Positions 27,906-38,206 of a stretch of DNA of 64,000 nucleotides are shown piece after piece. The notes under the pieces are model-generated. The model did not search any database. It saw nothing but the letters and a program-made list of their open reading frames with translations, and was not told the origin of the DNA. Position 1 is the stretch's first letter, and each line of letters begins with the position of its first letter. Position numbers and translations under genes: made by a program. Source of the DNA: a virus (taxonomy: Duplodnaviria > Caudoviricetes); IMG/VR virus record IMGVR_UViG_3300003316_000301, positions 91,980 to 155,979 of that record, one strand, 5' to 3'.

Positions 27906-29069
27906 CTAGGGGTTGCAGGGGCCCTCATGGGCCCGGTTCTTGCACCGATAGCAGTACAGGGTCTCAGGGCGCCTCCAGATGCCCCAGGGGACCGCTGCGG
28001 CCTTCAGGGCCACCGCTTCCTCTGCGGGCAGCTCCTGAGCGTCCTGGGACCACGGTGAGTCCACGACGAGGACCTCGGTGTAGTGGGCGAGCTGCTCGGC
28101 CAGTCCCGGCTCCGCCTCACGGCCCTCAGGACGCTCCCTGGTCGGCCGCTCCTCGGGCCTGCCCTCCACGGCCTTCCATCCGGCGTCGTCGTTGTCCATC
28201 CACAGGATCACGCGCTCGTGCTTCACGAGACGGCGGACCTGCATCTCGGTGAACTTGGCCCCGAACAGGGCCTCCGAGTGGAAGTGTTCCTCGTGGGTGA
28301 TCGCCGACAGCATGGCCTCCATGACCACGGCCTCCGGGGCACGGGGGTCGTAGTTGAAGACCGTGGACTCCTTGGGGAAGTCCGCGCTGGAGAAGTACTT
28401 GGGCGACCTCGGGTTGCCGGAGTGGATGTCCACCGCCTCCTCCCCGTCCTTGCGGGGCGGCCGGGGAACCCACTCCTCGGAGCGCCACTCGGGCGGCAGC
28501 TTGCGGGACTGCCAGCCGACCAGGGTCCCCTGCCAGAAGTGCGGGATCACCACCCGGTCCCACATGGGATCCCAGCCGAGCTGGAAGCGGCGGTACAGCT
28601 CCGGGGAGATCCCCCGCTCCTCAATGAGGTACGGGTGGTCGAAGGCCCAGCTCTGGAGGATCCGCTCGGAGTACCGGGGGATCGGCTGGGTCTCCGCCTT
28701 GGCGTAGACGGCGTCCAGGAAGCGGAGCATGGCGTCCAGCTCCAGGACCTGGCCACCGAGCCCGGCGGTCTCCTCCAGCCACCCACGGGCCTCCTGGGAA
28801 GTCCCTCCCCGGCAGGTGGCGATGAACCACAGCAGACCGCCGGATGACCCACAACCCAGGCAATTGTAGGTGAGCTTCTTGTAGTTGAGCGACGCGGTGG
28901 GGTTCTTCTGCTGGTCCCGGTGCAGGCCAGGAGAGACCAGACAGGCGTGGACCATCTCGCCGGTCTTGTCGTTCACCCGGACGGAGGACACCCCGAACTC
29001 GGAGAGCAGCTCCTCGCACAGGGCCTTCTTCGAGGGGTCCGGCAGCATGGCGGCTTCGAAGTAGCTCAT
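27906..29069 (-). CDS. DNA primase (DnaG-like)
   Basis: Zn finger C...H...C..C, RVVIP, Toprim VMEA and WMDNDDAG. Confidence 0.85.
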   Translation of the reverse strand: MSYFEAAMLPDPSKKALCEELLSEFGVSSVRVNDKTGEMVHACLVSPGLHRDQQKNPTASLNYKKLTYNCLGCGSSGGLLWFIATCRGGTSQEARGWLEETAGLGGQVLELDAMLRFLDAVYAKAETQPIPRYSERILQSWAFDHPYLIEERGISPELYRRFQLGWDPMWDRVVIPHFWQGTLVGWQSRKLPPEWRSEEWVPRPPRKDGEEAVDIHSGNPRSPKYFSSADFPKESTVFNYDPRAPEAVVMEAMLSAITHEEHFHSEALFGAKFTEMQVRRLVKHERVILWMDNDDAGWKAVEGRPEERPTRERPEGREAEPGLAEQLAHYTEVLVVDSPWSQDAQELPAEEAVALKAAAVPWGIWRRPETLYCYRCKNRAHEGPCNP

Positions 29070-29485
29070 GCCGCGTCTGCCGTCTTCGTCGGGTAGCCGT
29101 AGCCGCAGCGCAAGCACCGCTGGCACAGGTGCTGGGTCGTGTGCTCGGAGAGGATCCCGGCCAGCACCCAGGCCCCGCAGGGGAAGTCCTGGCCCTCCCC
29201 CACGGTGATCACCACACGGGCGTGGTAGATCACCTGCATCTGGCTGAACCCGCACTTCGGGCAGGCCCGGTCCTCGTCGTGGAGGTCGTAGTCCCTCAGG
29301 CCCATGTCGGCCGGGGAGAGGATCTCCCCCTCCTGGGGCTCACCGGCGCACTCCTGCTCGGCCCGCTCGTCGTCCGAAGGGACTTCACAGCGGACGCAGC
29401 GCAGGTGGTCCACCTGGCCCTCGGGGCCCTGGCGCTCCTCGTCGGCCTCCCACTGGTGGCCGTACTCGTCCTGGTTGCTGGTCAT
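29066..29485 (-). CDS. zinc-ribbon hypothetical protein
   Basis: CVRC, CPKC, CLRC; ATGA coupling. Confidence 0.7.
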   Translation of the reverse strand: MTSNQDEYGHQWEADEERQGPEGQVDHLRCVRCEVPSDDERAEQECAGEPQEGEILSPADMGLRDYDLHDEDRACPKCGFSQMQVIYHARVVITVGEGQDFPCGAWVLAGILSEHTTQHLCQRCLRCGYGYPTKTADAA

Positions 29486-30795
29486 CCGCGCGGCTCCGTG
29501 ATCTCCTCCAGGGCGTCGATCTGGCCGAGGTAGGGCCTCCAGACACCGATGCGCCAGTTCTTGTTCTCCGACCCCCGGCGGGTGGCCATGGTCTGCCACT
29601 TCACCATCTGGGCCGCCCGCTCGTCGGGGCTCATGTACAGGCCGAAGGCCCAGTCACAGGTGCGCTCGACCTCGGAGCCCTCGGCGAGCATGTACATCTC
29701 CAGCCAGCCGTTCTTCTTGGCCTCGCGCATGCCCTCACGGTTGATCTGGTGAGCCAGCAGGCAGGGGATGGGGAGGTTCCCTCCGATGGCGTCCTTCAGG
29801 TCGTGCATGACGTCCTTGATCAGCTCCGGTCCCCGGAACCGCCGGTCGCTCGGCTCCATGAACGTGAGCTGATCGATCAGGAGAGACTCGGTCCCCACCG
29901 CGCGGGCGTGCCGGGTGATCCACTGGACCGTGCGCTCCCCGCGCTGCGGCTGGACGACCCGGATGTACTCCTTCAAGTCGTCACCGAACTCGTCCAGGAA
30001 CGCCCGGATGCGGGCCACCTCGTCCTCCATGCACTCGCCACGGCGGTAACGGTCGTGGTCGATGCCCAGGTGGATGCAGACGAGCCGGTCGTAGGTCATC
30101 TCGACCGAGTTCTCCAGGGTGTAGTACGTCGTGCGCCGACGCTTCCTCCACTCCTTGAGCAAGATGTACGCGAGCGTCACGGACTTGCCCGTCTTGGGCC
30201 CGGCCGCGAGGACGGCCAGCTCTCCCCCGTGAATGCCGTAGGTGTAGTCGTCGATCTCGGGGATCCCGAACGCCATGCCCTGGTGCTGCATGGCGGTCTC
30301 CGCGCGTCGCTCGTACAGGGCGAACGAGCGCTGGAAGCCCTCGATCCCCTCCACCTCCAGGGTCTTGTCCCGCAGGCCCAGGTACAGGGCGTTGATGGCC
30401 TGGATCTGCTCGCCCATGGTCACGAGCTTCTCGGCCGAGGAGACGGCCGACATGGCGGAGGCGGCCTCCTTCTGCCAGGTCTGGAAGAGGTAGTCAGCCC
30501 GGCGGGCCTTGAGGACTCCGATGGCCCAGGTGACGTCGTCCAGTTGGACGTCCGCCTCCTCGATCACCACCTCGGAGTCCTCGATCGTGTCGCGCCAGGT
30601 CTCCATCAGGGCGGCCCGCGAGGGCGCCTTGGTCATGCCGTTCTTGTCGAAGTAGTCGATGGCCCAGGCGACCACCTTGCGCATGGCCTGGGTGGGGATG
30701 CAGTCCTCCGGCAGGCCGACCCTGACGATCTGCTCCAGGGCCTCCGCGTCCGTGAGGGAGGAATAGACCACGTCCTCGGCGTGGGAGGTCGTCAT
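29482..30795 (-). CDS. dnaB: DnaB-like replicative helicase
   Basis: AAGPKTGKS, TLEN, LLIDQL, AHQINR, E...D. Confidence 0.88.
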   Translation of the reverse strand: MTTSHAEDVVYSSLTDAEALEQIVRVGLPEDCIPTQAMRKVVAWAIDYFDKNGMTKAPSRAALMETWRDTIEDSEVVIEEADVQLDDVTWAIGVLKARRADYLFQTWQKEAASAMSAVSSAEKLVTMGEQIQAINALYLGLRDKTLEVEGIEGFQRSFALYERRAETAMQHQGMAFGIPEIDDYTYGIHGGELAVLAAGPKTGKSVTLAYILLKEWRKRRRTTYYTLENSVEMTYDRLVCIHLGIDHDRYRRGECMEDEVARIRAFLDEFGDDLKEYIRVVQPQRGERTVQWITRHARAVGTESLLIDQLTFMEPSDRRFRGPELIKDVMHDLKDAIGGNLPIPCLLAHQINREGMREAKKNGWLEMYMLAEGSEVERTCDWAFGLYMSPDERAAQMVKWQTMATRRGSENKNWRIGVWRPYLGQIDALEEITEPRG

Positions 30796-31640
30796 GCGAT
30801 CACCAGGGGACGCATCAGCCGGTCGGCCATCTCCTGGTGCATGCGCTCCTGGGCCCGGGGGCGCCAGTCCACTCCGGAGGTCTCCACGAAGATCGCGGTC
30901 TCCGAGAGCAGGGACGCCACGTACTGGTTGTAGCCCCCGCGCACCTGGTCCGGCGTGAGGTTGGTGGTGATCAGGGTCGGCAGGCTCGCGGCCGTCCGGT
31001 GGCGGATAACGCGGTCCAGAAGCCGGTCGATGAAGTCGACGTGGTTCTGGCCGGTCTCCTTGCCGAGGTCGTCGATGCACAGCACGCCGCAGTTCATGAT
31101 CCGGCGCTCGAAGTAGTCCTTCTCGGCCTTCTCCCGCCACCCGGAGGTGTACAGCTCCACGATCGTGTTCATCTGGGCCACGAAGACGTCGTGACCCAGC
31201 TTCAGGAGCTTCTTGGCGGCCAGCATGAGCATCAGGGTCTTGCCGGTACCGGCGTCCGGGGAGTGCAGGATCAGGTTGACCCCGCGCTCCACGTACAGGT
31301 CGGCCGCGTCCAGGTAGCGCAGGATCTCCATCTGGGTCGCCTCCGGCACGTCGGAGGCGTCGGCCCAGCCCAGGCGCTGGTAGTTCTTGCCGATCCCGTG
31401 GATCAGCAGGAAACGGTGCAGGATCCACTGGGCGGTGCAGTTGCACTCCCAGGTGATGATCTCGGTGCGGTCATTGTTCCACCAGCGGAAGGTCTTCTCG
31501 CCGGTCTTGTGGAAGAGGCAGGTGATGCAGGACTTCTGGGGCGTGGCCCACAGGTCGGGGTACTGGTGGCGGAGCCGGTCCGAATCCGGCTCCTCCAGCA
31601 TCCAGGTCAGGGGCACGTGGGGCAATCGGGGCAAGGCCAC
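30792..31640 (-). CDS. DnaC/IstB-like helicase loader ATPase
   Basis: N-terminal Cys cluster, AGTGKT, IDDLGKE, ITTN; start approximate. Confidence 0.82.
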   Translation of the reverse strand: MALPRLPHVPLTWMLEEPDSDRLRHQYPDLWATPQKSCITCLFHKTGEKTFRWWNNDRTEIITWECNCTAQWILHRFLLIHGIGKNYQRLGWADASDVPEATQMEILRYLDAADLYVERGVNLILHSPDAGTGKTLMLMLAAKKLLKLGHDVFVAQMNTIVELYTSGWREKAEKDYFERRIMNCGVLCIDDLGKETGQNHVDFIDRLLDRVIRHRTAASLPTLITTNLTPDQVRGGYNQYVASLLSETAIFVETSGVDWRPRAQERMHQEMADRLMRPLVIA

Positions 31641-31681
31641 TCCTTGGGATCTCTTAGCGTCCGTGGCGGGTCGGACGGTGC

Positions 31682-32080
31682 TCAGGTGAGGCGGGCCTTG
31701 ATCGGGTCGGCGAAGTAGGGGTCCGAGGCCTTGCAGAAGCGGTTCGCCGCGATGGGGGCCCGCTGCCACATGCCGCGCTGGACCTCGAAGGCGAACCGGG
31801 CGATCTTGATGGCGTCCTCGCCGTGGCGGGCCAGGAAGGCCTTGAAGATCGAGGACTCCTTCATGGCGTTGCGGACCTGGGGTCCGTGGTACTGCTCGAT
31901 CTGCCCCATCACGTAGTCGCGCAGGTCCTCCCAGGTCCACTGGGAGTCCTCCTTCAGGAGGTATGAGGCCCCTGCGACGGCCGTGACGCTCACGCGCTCA
32001 GTGACCACGGGGACGGTCTCGGTCTGCGTGGTCTGGCGGGACAGAAGACGGCGGAAGGCCTCCTGCTGTGCGTTGCTCAT
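31682..32080 (-). CDS. hypothetical protein (replication cluster)
   Basis: ATGA coupling; codon bias. Confidence 0.7.
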   Translation of the reverse strand: MSNAQQEAFRRLLSRQTTQTETVPVVTERVSVTAVAGASYLLKEDSQWTWEDLRDYVMGQIEQYHGPQVRNAMKESSIFKAFLARHGEDAIKIARFAFEVQRGMWQRAPIAANRFCKASDPYFADPIKARLT

Positions 32081-32436
32081 GCTCGCTTCACTGCTCCCTC
32101 TTTGGACGGTCCGTAGAAGGTCTTCCCGCACCACTCCCAGAAGGACGAGCCGATGTCGGTGACCGCAGTGCGGTCCTCCTCGGTCTCGCCGCTCAGGAGG
32201 TCGGAGGTGAAGACCACCACAGGACAGCTCTTGTGCACCAGGGCCGTATAGACCCCGTGAACCGGGTGGATGGAGGCCACGAACCAGTGGAAGTCGTCGG
32301 ACCCGACGACGTACCCGGAAAGATCGAACACGCCGGTATGAAAAGCGATCTTGCGGCCGTCACACGCTGCCCGGCCGATCTGCTTGGTGGACATCGCAGC
32401 ACCCTGACGGGTTGGCTGCTTCTTGGCGTCGTCCAC
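32077..32436 (-). CDS. hypothetical protein
   Basis: ORF after the intergenic region; start 32436 or 32394. Confidence 0.65.
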   Translation of the reverse strand: MDDAKKQPTRQGAAMSTKQIGRAACDGRKIAFHTGVFDLSGYVVGSDDFHWFVASIHPVHGVYTALVHKSCPVVVFTSDLLSGETEEDRTAVTDIGSSFWEWCGKTFYGPSKEGAVKRA

Positions 32437-32597
32437 TGGGCCCCTCCCGATTTTAAAATCCCGCCCCCGGCCTGCGGTCGGAGCAGACGGGGGCGGGTCG
32501 CATTATGCGCCGCTCGCCTTCTCGTCTGGCGGACCGAGGAGGGGGTGGGACAGTTCCTGATCGTATCAAGCGGTGGTCAAGTAAAACAGGGTCCGGC

Positions 32598-33464
32598 CTA
32601 CTCCTGATCTTGCATCCACAGGGTGCCGGTGAGGGTCCTCGCCAGGAGCTGCTTCAGTTCGTAGCGCTCCAGGAACTCGATCAGCCCGTCGTAGGTGGAG
32701 CTGTCCCGGCTGGTCGGATGGAACCTCGGCGGGGGCGGTACCTCCAGTCCCGGCAGGGGGAGCCGGAGGTTCACCAGGACCCGGCTCAGACGGGCCTGAG
32801 GGAGGTTCTCCCGGACTTTCGGGTCCTCGATGGACTCCAGGTCCCCTCGGGCCTCCCGGACGAGCTGTGTGGCCTTCACAGGGCCGATGCCGGGGACGCC
32901 GGGGATGTTGTCCGACGTGTCGCCGACGAGGGCCATCCAGGTGGGCAGCCACTCCGGCGGGATCCCGTACTTGTCCTGGACGGTGAACCGGTTCCAGCGT
33001 TCGCCGGTGGAACGCAGGACCTCGCAGTCGTAGCCGTTGGGGTTCCACACGGCGAGCTGGAGGAAGTCCTTGTCCTCGGAGACGAGGACGATCTTCTCCT
33101 CGGCGTCGTGCCAGTACTTGGCGATCAGGTCGTCCGCCTCCACGCCGGGGCGCTCGGTGTGGAACACCCCGGCCAGCGAGAGGAACTCCTTCACGAGAAA
33201 CCGCTCCCGGCTGGAGCGCATGGAGGTGGCCGTCCGACGGTGGGCCTTGTAGGTCGGCAGGAGGTTCGAGCGGTAGTGCGACCCTCCCCCGTCCCAGCAG
33301 ACCGCGACCCGGTCCGGCTGCTCCTCGCGGATGTGCCGCAGCAGGATGTTCGTGAAGACCACCAGGGCCGCCGTGGACTCCCCGTCGGCCGTCATCGCCT
33401 CGGTGCGGGTGGCGTGCCACGCCCTCGCGAAGAGGTTGTTGGCGTCCACGAGGAGCAGGGTCAC
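32598..33464 (-). CDS. 5'-3' exonuclease / flap endonuclease (PolA N-terminal-like)
   Basis: LLVDANNL, EADDLIA, SEDKDF.QL, GDTSDNIPGVPGIG. Confidence 0.9.
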   Translation of the reverse strand: MTLLLVDANNLFARAWHATRTEAMTADGESTAALVVFTNILLRHIREEQPDRVAVCWDGGGSHYRSNLLPTYKAHRRTATSMRSSRERFLVKEFLSLAGVFHTERPGVEADDLIAKYWHDAEEKIVLVSEDKDFLQLAVWNPNGYDCEVLRSTGERWNRFTVQDKYGIPPEWLPTWMALVGDTSDNIPGVPGIGPVKATQLVREARGDLESIEDPKVRENLPQARLSRVLVNLRLPLPGLEVPPPPRFHPTSRDSSTYDGLIEFLERYELKQLLARTLTGTLWMQDQE

Positions 33465-34510
33465 TCTCCGGCCTCCAGGGCGAAGTCCCGCTCGATCGCG
33501 TCCGAGTAGCCCGAGAAGGTCTTGCCGGACCAGGTGAGGGTGAAGCCCTTGCCGGAGTACTCCTTGCCGTCCAGCTCCATGTCGAGGTCCTTGCCGACCT
33601 CCAGGACCGCGATCGAGGCCGTCTTCATACCGGTGCCGCCGGAGTGCCGGGAGGCCTCCGGGTCGCAGTCGAGCGCCTTCACGTACGTGCCGTTGGGCAG
33701 GTACTGGTCGTAGGGCCAGTGGAGGTGGCCGTGGCACAGGAGCTTGGGCTTCTTGGCGTCCACCACCTCCTGGATCGCCTCCTGGTTCGGCCAGCAGTCC
33801 ACGAGGTCCTTGCGGTTCCAGTCTGGCGAGGACAGGCGCGGCTTGTCGTGGGTGAGCAGGATGTCGACCTCGCCCTCCCGCAGCGCGTAGTCCAGCTCCT
33901 CCTGGGAGATCTCCTCCTGGGACCACCACTGGAGCTGGCCGGTGTGCAGGATGTAGCGGTCGTTTCGGCTGAGCGTGCGGCCCGCATCCTGGCGCATCTG
34001 GGCCTTCATGAGCAGCGCGCGGTCCTGGTGGACCCTCGGCGCCTTGTCGACGCTGTACGCGCCTCCCAGGGACATGAACCGGACCCCGTTCCAGGTCCAC
34101 CGGTGGCCCCTCGGGGAGTAGAACAGCCACGGCTTGACCTCGAAGAAGCCGTCGGCCGTACGGGGCTTCTCGGCCTCCCACTGGAACAGCAGGTCGTAGT
34201 TCTCGTGGTTGCCGGGCAGGAAGCACACCGGAACGTTCATGCGCTGGGCCCACTTCGAGACCCCGCTGGTGAAGGCGCCGTTGTCGAGGTGGTCCCAGAC
34301 GCCGAAGTCGCCGAGGACGAACACGGCGTCGCACCCGTTCTTCTTGGCGTGCTGGAGCAGCCACCGGACGTGGTTCTCGTCCCCATGCGTGTCACCGGAG
34401 AGCAAGATGCGCGAGGGCTCGAAGTCCTCGAAGAGCTTGTGCGCCTGGTCGGCGGCAGCGGCCTTGCGCGGGGGCTTGGCGTACTTCTGGATCCTGGCGG
34501 GATTCGTCAC
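33461..34510 (-). CDS. calcineurin-like metallophosphoesterase
   Basis: GDTHG, GDFG, GNHEN, LTHD, HGHLH. Confidence 0.88.
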   Translation of the reverse strand: MTNPARIQKYAKPPRKAAAADQAHKLFEDFEPSRILLSGDTHGDENHVRWLLQHAKKNGCDAVFVLGDFGVWDHLDNGAFTSGVSKWAQRMNVPVCFLPGNHENYDLLFQWEAEKPRTADGFFEVKPWLFYSPRGHRWTWNGVRFMSLGGAYSVDKAPRVHQDRALLMKAQMRQDAGRTLSRNDRYILHTGQLQWWSQEEISQEELDYALREGEVDILLTHDKPRLSSPDWNRKDLVDCWPNQEAIQEVVDAKKPKLLCHGHLHWPYDQYLPNGTYVKALDCDPEASRHSGGTGMKTASIAVLEVGKDLDMELDGKEYSGKGFTLTWSGKTFSGYSDAIERDFALEAGE

Positions 34511-34995
34511 GGAACGGGCTCCTCGATCACTCGGTGCAGGACAGCCTGGAGCAGGACGAGCTGGAGAACGATCGAGAACTTCGCCCCGTCGATCGCCCCG
34601 TTCTCCACGAGGGCGTGGGCCATGCGCTCGATGTCGGCCAGCGTGTAGTAGCGGTTGCCGGTCTCCGTGCGCTTGGGCTCCAGGACCACGTCGTCCAGGA
34701 CGAAGTAGCCCTGCGGGTAGTGGTTGGCCGGACGGTACCTCCAGCGGAGCCAGTCCGGCCCCTTGCCGAAGAACAGCTTGGCCGTCTCCTGGACGGTGTA
34801 CGCGGGCAGCGGCTGGCCGCTGTCGTTGAGGGTGAACATGTGGTCCCACATGAAGAACTCCCGGTCGCTCTCGGGGTCCTTGCGGGCCTGGATGTCGTAC
34901 TTCACGGTCAGCTCGGAGAACGGCACCACGGCGAGGCCCTCAGCGGCCTCGTGGACGTCCTCCGAGCCGCCGTGCGGGTCCTGGGTCTCTGTCAT
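34507..34995 (-). CDS. MerR-like HTH DNA-binding protein
   Basis: YTVQETAKLF....DWLRW...R...GNRYYTLADIERM. Confidence 0.75.
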   Translation of the reverse strand: MTETQDPHGGSEDVHEAAEGLAVVPFSELTVKYDIQARKDPESDREFFMWDHMFTLNDSGQPLPAYTVQETAKLFFGKGPDWLRWRYRPANHYPQGYFVLDDVVLEPKRTETGNRYYTLADIERMAHALVENGAIDGAKFSIVLQLVLLQAVLHRVIEEPVP

Positions 34996-35060
34996 GGGTT
35001 TCCTCCTACAGCGGGGCCGGGGAAGCCCGTGGAGGGCGTCCCCGGCCGGGGGTGTCCGGG

Positions 35061-35801
35061 TCAGCGCTTCTTCTTCAGAGCGCGCAGGTACAGGGCGGAG
35101 CCGTCGCGGCCCTTCTTGACGGTGCGGCTGAGCAGCTCCACGCGGCCGGTCTTCAAGACGAAGGCTCGGATCTTCTCGGCGGTCGGCACCCGGCGGACCT
35201 CCGTCATCGCGTAGTACTCCTCCTTGGTCAGCTCACCGGCCTCGTACATCTCGGTGATCGCGCCGAGGTTCTCGGAAGTGCGGCCCGAGCTGAACTGGGT
35301 GGAGAAGCGGAGCGTGGTGCCGGGAATCTCGGTGTCCACCGGCTCGCCCTTGGCCGCCAGGATGTAGTGGCCGTCCTTGTCGCGCGGGGTCGCCGGGGTG
35401 ACGACCTTGCCGCCACGGACGACGTCCTTCGGGACCGCGAGTCCCTGCTCCTCGGCGTCCACGTCCTGGTGCGTCTTGACGTACTCCTTGAGGATCTCCT
35501 CGCGCTCGGACAGGAGCTTGCCGACGGCCTTGATCGCCTCCATCTCGACGCCGATCGAGCCGATCTCCTCCGGGCGCATGGTGCGCCGGTCGGTGACCGT
35601 GACCTTGTTGAAGGTCGAGGACAGGACCTTGAGGGCCTGGCGGATCTCCGTGGTCGCAGTGAGCGGGGTCGGCAGGGTCGGGAAGTCCGAGCCCGCCTCC
35701 TCCTGCGGGATCTCCACGGAGAGTCCCTCGGCGATGTCCTTGAGGGACTTGTCCGCGAGCTGGAGCTTCTGAGCGCGGGAGATGGCAACGAGTTCGGTCA
35801 T
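35061..35801 (-). CDS. hypothetical protein
   Basis: ATG 35801 with AGGAGG; strongly biased codons. Confidence 0.75.
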   Translation of the reverse strand: MTELVAISRAQKLQLADKSLKDIAEGLSVEIPQEEAGSDFPTLPTPLTATTEIRQALKVLSSTFNKVTVTDRRTMRPEEIGSIGVEMEAIKAVGKLLSEREEILKEYVKTHQDVDAEEQGLAVPKDVVRGGKVVTPATPRDKDGHYILAAKGEPVDTEIPGTTLRFSTQFSSGRTSENLGAITEMYEAGELTKEEYYAMTEVRRVPTAEKIRAFVLKTGRVELLSRTVKKGRDGSALYLRALKKKR

Positions 35802-35843
35802 AGGGCGCCTCCTGGGGCGGTTGGTGTCTCTGGCGTTGGTCAA

Positions 35844-35872
35844 AGACTACAGGATTTCTTGGAGAAAGGGAA
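35844..35872 (-). promoter_or_regulatory. phage promoter TTCCCT-N17-TAGTCT
   Basis: Spacer motif CAGGATTTCTTGG; CGCCAGAGA at the predicted +1. Confidence 0.55.
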
Positions 35873-35907
35873 GAGGCCCCTCTGTCCGTGGCAGAGGGGC
35901 CTCTTCC
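35869..35907 (-). terminator. hairpin terminator
   Basis: 16-bp perfect stem GGAAGAGGCCCCTCTG/CAGAGGGGCCTCTTCC. Confidence 0.7.
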
Positions 35908-35909
35908 GC

Positions 35910-36197
35910 TCAGGGAGTGATGGTCCAGCTCCAAGGCCTGGGAGGGTCCGGATCGGGCCGGTCGGCGTTGAGCTGCCGCACGTACTCGACCTCCTCGTGC
36001 AGCTCCTCGGCGCGGCGATTCTCCTCCCAGAAGCTGCCGGTGACCTTGACCTCAATGGGCTGGTTCAGCCCCCGGAGCTTGGGCAGGTCGTCGAAGTAGA
36101 CCACCGACCGGATCTTCGGATCGTTCGGGCTGCACTCCCGCAACCGACACCAGTCGAGGAACTGGCGCCGGTTGGCCGAGAGGACGACGGTGATCAC
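35910..36197 (-). CDS. hypothetical protein
   Basis: GTGA coupling to the DinG stop (MITVVLSANRRQF...). Confidence 0.65.
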   Translation of the reverse strand: MITVVLSANRRQFLDWCRLRECSPNDPKIRSVVYFDDLPKLRGLNQPIEVKVTGSFWEENRRAEELHEEVEYVRQLNADRPDPDPPRPWSWTITP

Positions 36198-38206
36198 CGG
36201 CCGAAGCTCTTGCCCGCGTAGAACTCCCGGACGTCCGAGAGCTTCGTGGTGACGGGGAAGTCCGGCAGCGCGTGGACGATCGAGCGGCCGTACGGGGTGG
36301 AGCTGAGGCGGGAGTCCATGATCGCCACCACGCCCCGGTCCTCCCGGGTCCGGATGAGGCGGCCCACGCCCTGCTCCAGGGTGAGGGTCATCATCGGGAT
36401 CGAGAGGGTGGCGAAGGGGCGGCGCCCCGCGCGCTCCTCGGCCAGGGACCGGGCCGCGAAGATCGGGTCGGTCGGGACCGGGAAGGGCATCTTGTCGATG
36501 ATCACCAGGCGGCAGGCGTTGCCCGGGATGTCGACGCCGACGAAGAAGGACTTCAGGGCGAACAGGACCGAGTGCTCGTCCTCCTTGAAGACCCTCGCCA
36601 GCTCCTTGTTGGTGCGGCCGTCGCCCTGCATGAGGGTCGTCAGGCCCCGGTTCTCCAGGGACTCGGAGAGGTTCTCGTAGGACTCCTTCATCGCGGCCCG
36701 GGAGGTGAAGAGCAGCAGGGCCCCGCCCTCGGCCATGTCGATGAGCTGGAGGGTGTCCGCCATCGTGCGGGCCATCCAGGCCTGGCGGTCCTTGGGGTTG
36801 GGGACGTCCTTGCCCGGGACGTACATCAGGGCCTGCTTGCCGAAGTCGAACGGCGTACCGACGTCCACGGTGCGGGCGTCCCACAGGCCCAGCGTGCGCT
36901 GGATGTAGCTGAAGTCCTTCGAGCCGTCCTTGTTGACCCCGGCGGACAGGGTGGCCGACATGATCACGGCCTCCACGTAGGCCCAGAGGTTCGCCTGGAG
37001 CCAGGGGCCGACCTGGACCGGCGCGACCTTCATCCGCCAGCGCTCCTCGCCGCGCACCTCGTACTTCTCGACCCAGCGGACGCGGTCAGCGTCCTCGGAG
37101 ACGAGCAGCTCCTCCAGGGTGGACATGGCGTTCGACAGACGGGTGAGGAGGATCTTCCGGCGGGCGTTCTCCCGGTCGGCCTCGCTGCGGATCTCCAGGG
37201 ACTGGAGGTCCAGGCGCAGGAGAGTGAACAGCTCCAGGACCTCGGCGAAGGGCTCGTAGTTCTCGGCGAACCAGGCCAGGGTCACGGCCTCGCCGCCGAG
37301 GGGCAGCAGGAGGTCCGCGAGCTTGTCCGCGATCACGCCCATGGCCTCGCCCCGGTGGGAAAGGTCGGTGCCGTGCAGGGCCGCGAAGCTGATCACGTCG
37401 CGGACGGTCAGCGCCAGGCCGGTGCCGGTGATGTCGTTGCCGAGCGCGTTCATCGCGTACTCGGGCAGCTCGTGACCCTCGTCGAAGAGGACCATGCCGT
37501 AGTCGCCGAGCATGGCCACCGGGCCCTGCTCGCGGTCGCGGGTCTTCTCACGGATCGCGACATCCGTCATCAGCATGGCCTGGTTGGTGATCACCACGTC
37601 GACCTGCTGGCCGCGCTCCTTGACCGCCTCCGCGTAGCAGATGGCGCCGAAGGGGCACTCGGACTTGCCGGGGCACTCGTTGGAGCTGGAGGACATCTTC
37701 ATCCAGCTCATGTCGTCGATCTCGGTGGCGAAGTGCTCGCGGTCGCCGTCGTGGCCGGGGTCGGCCTCCAGCTCCTCGCGGACGGCGATGGCGACCTCGT
37801 GGCGCTCCAGGTCCTCACCGAGCAGCTTGGCCTGGCAGGCGTAGTTGGAGCGGCCCTTGACCAGCGCCCAGGTGAAGTCGATGCCGCTCTTCTCCTGGAG
37901 GAACGGCAGGTCCTTGTTCGCGTACTGCTCCTGGAGGGCCTTGGTGGCGGTGGCGACGACCACGCGGGTTCCCTGCGCGAGGGCCTGGAGGATCATCGGG
38001 ACCGTGCCGCCGATGGACTTGCCGGTGCCGCAGCCCGCCTGGGCCAGGAGGTGCGACCCGTCGGCCATGGCCTGCTCGATGGAGGTCGCGAGGACCTGCT
38101 GGGGGATGCGGGGCTCGTAGCCCGGCAGCTCCCTGGCGAGGTTGACCTCCACGTCCGCCCACGTACGCGGGGCTGCGGTGAAGGTCTCGGGGGCGATCGT
38201 GGTCAT
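36194..38206 (-). CDS. DinG/YoaA-family Fe-S helicase
   Basis: AGCGTGKS, ATATKALQEQ, KGRSNYAC, FDEGH, SATL, LFTS, GVDIPG, QGVGRLIR. Confidence 0.92.
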   Translation of the reverse strand: MTTIAPETFTAAPRTWADVEVNLARELPGYEPRIPQQVLATSIEQAMADGSHLLAQAGCGTGKSIGGTVPMILQALAQGTRVVVATATKALQEQYANKDLPFLQEKSGIDFTWALVKGRSNYACQAKLLGEDLERHEVAIAVREELEADPGHDGDREHFATEIDDMSWMKMSSSSNECPGKSECPFGAICYAEAVKERGQQVDVVITNQAMLMTDVAIREKTRDREQGPVAMLGDYGMVLFDEGHELPEYAMNALGNDITGTGLALTVRDVISFAALHGTDLSHRGEAMGVIADKLADLLLPLGGEAVTLAWFAENYEPFAEVLELFTLLRLDLQSLEIRSEADRENARRKILLTRLSNAMSTLEELLVSEDADRVRWVEKYEVRGEERWRMKVAPVQVGPWLQANLWAYVEAVIMSATLSAGVNKDGSKDFSYIQRTLGLWDARTVDVGTPFDFGKQALMYVPGKDVPNPKDRQAWMARTMADTLQLIDMAEGGALLLFTSRAAMKESYENLSESLENRGLTTLMQGDGRTNKELARVFKEDEHSVLFALKSFFVGVDIPGNACRLVIIDKMPFPVPTDPIFAARSLAEERAGRRPFATLSIPMMTLTLEQGVGRLIRTREDRGVVAIMDSRLSSTPYGRSIVHALPDFPVTTKLSDVREFYAGKSFGR

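Noticed and set aside
22032-30795. Inteins in DnaE, DnaB, RecA or terminase
   Set aside because: No C/S...HN-C/S/T splice junctions or LAGLIDADG blocks; lengths are explained without them.
18850-38206. Cas4-like nuclease plus DinG helicase as a type IV CRISPR-Cas system
   Set aside because: The genes are 16 kb apart, with no Cas5/6/7-like genes and no repeat-spacer array; both fit phage recombination and replication.
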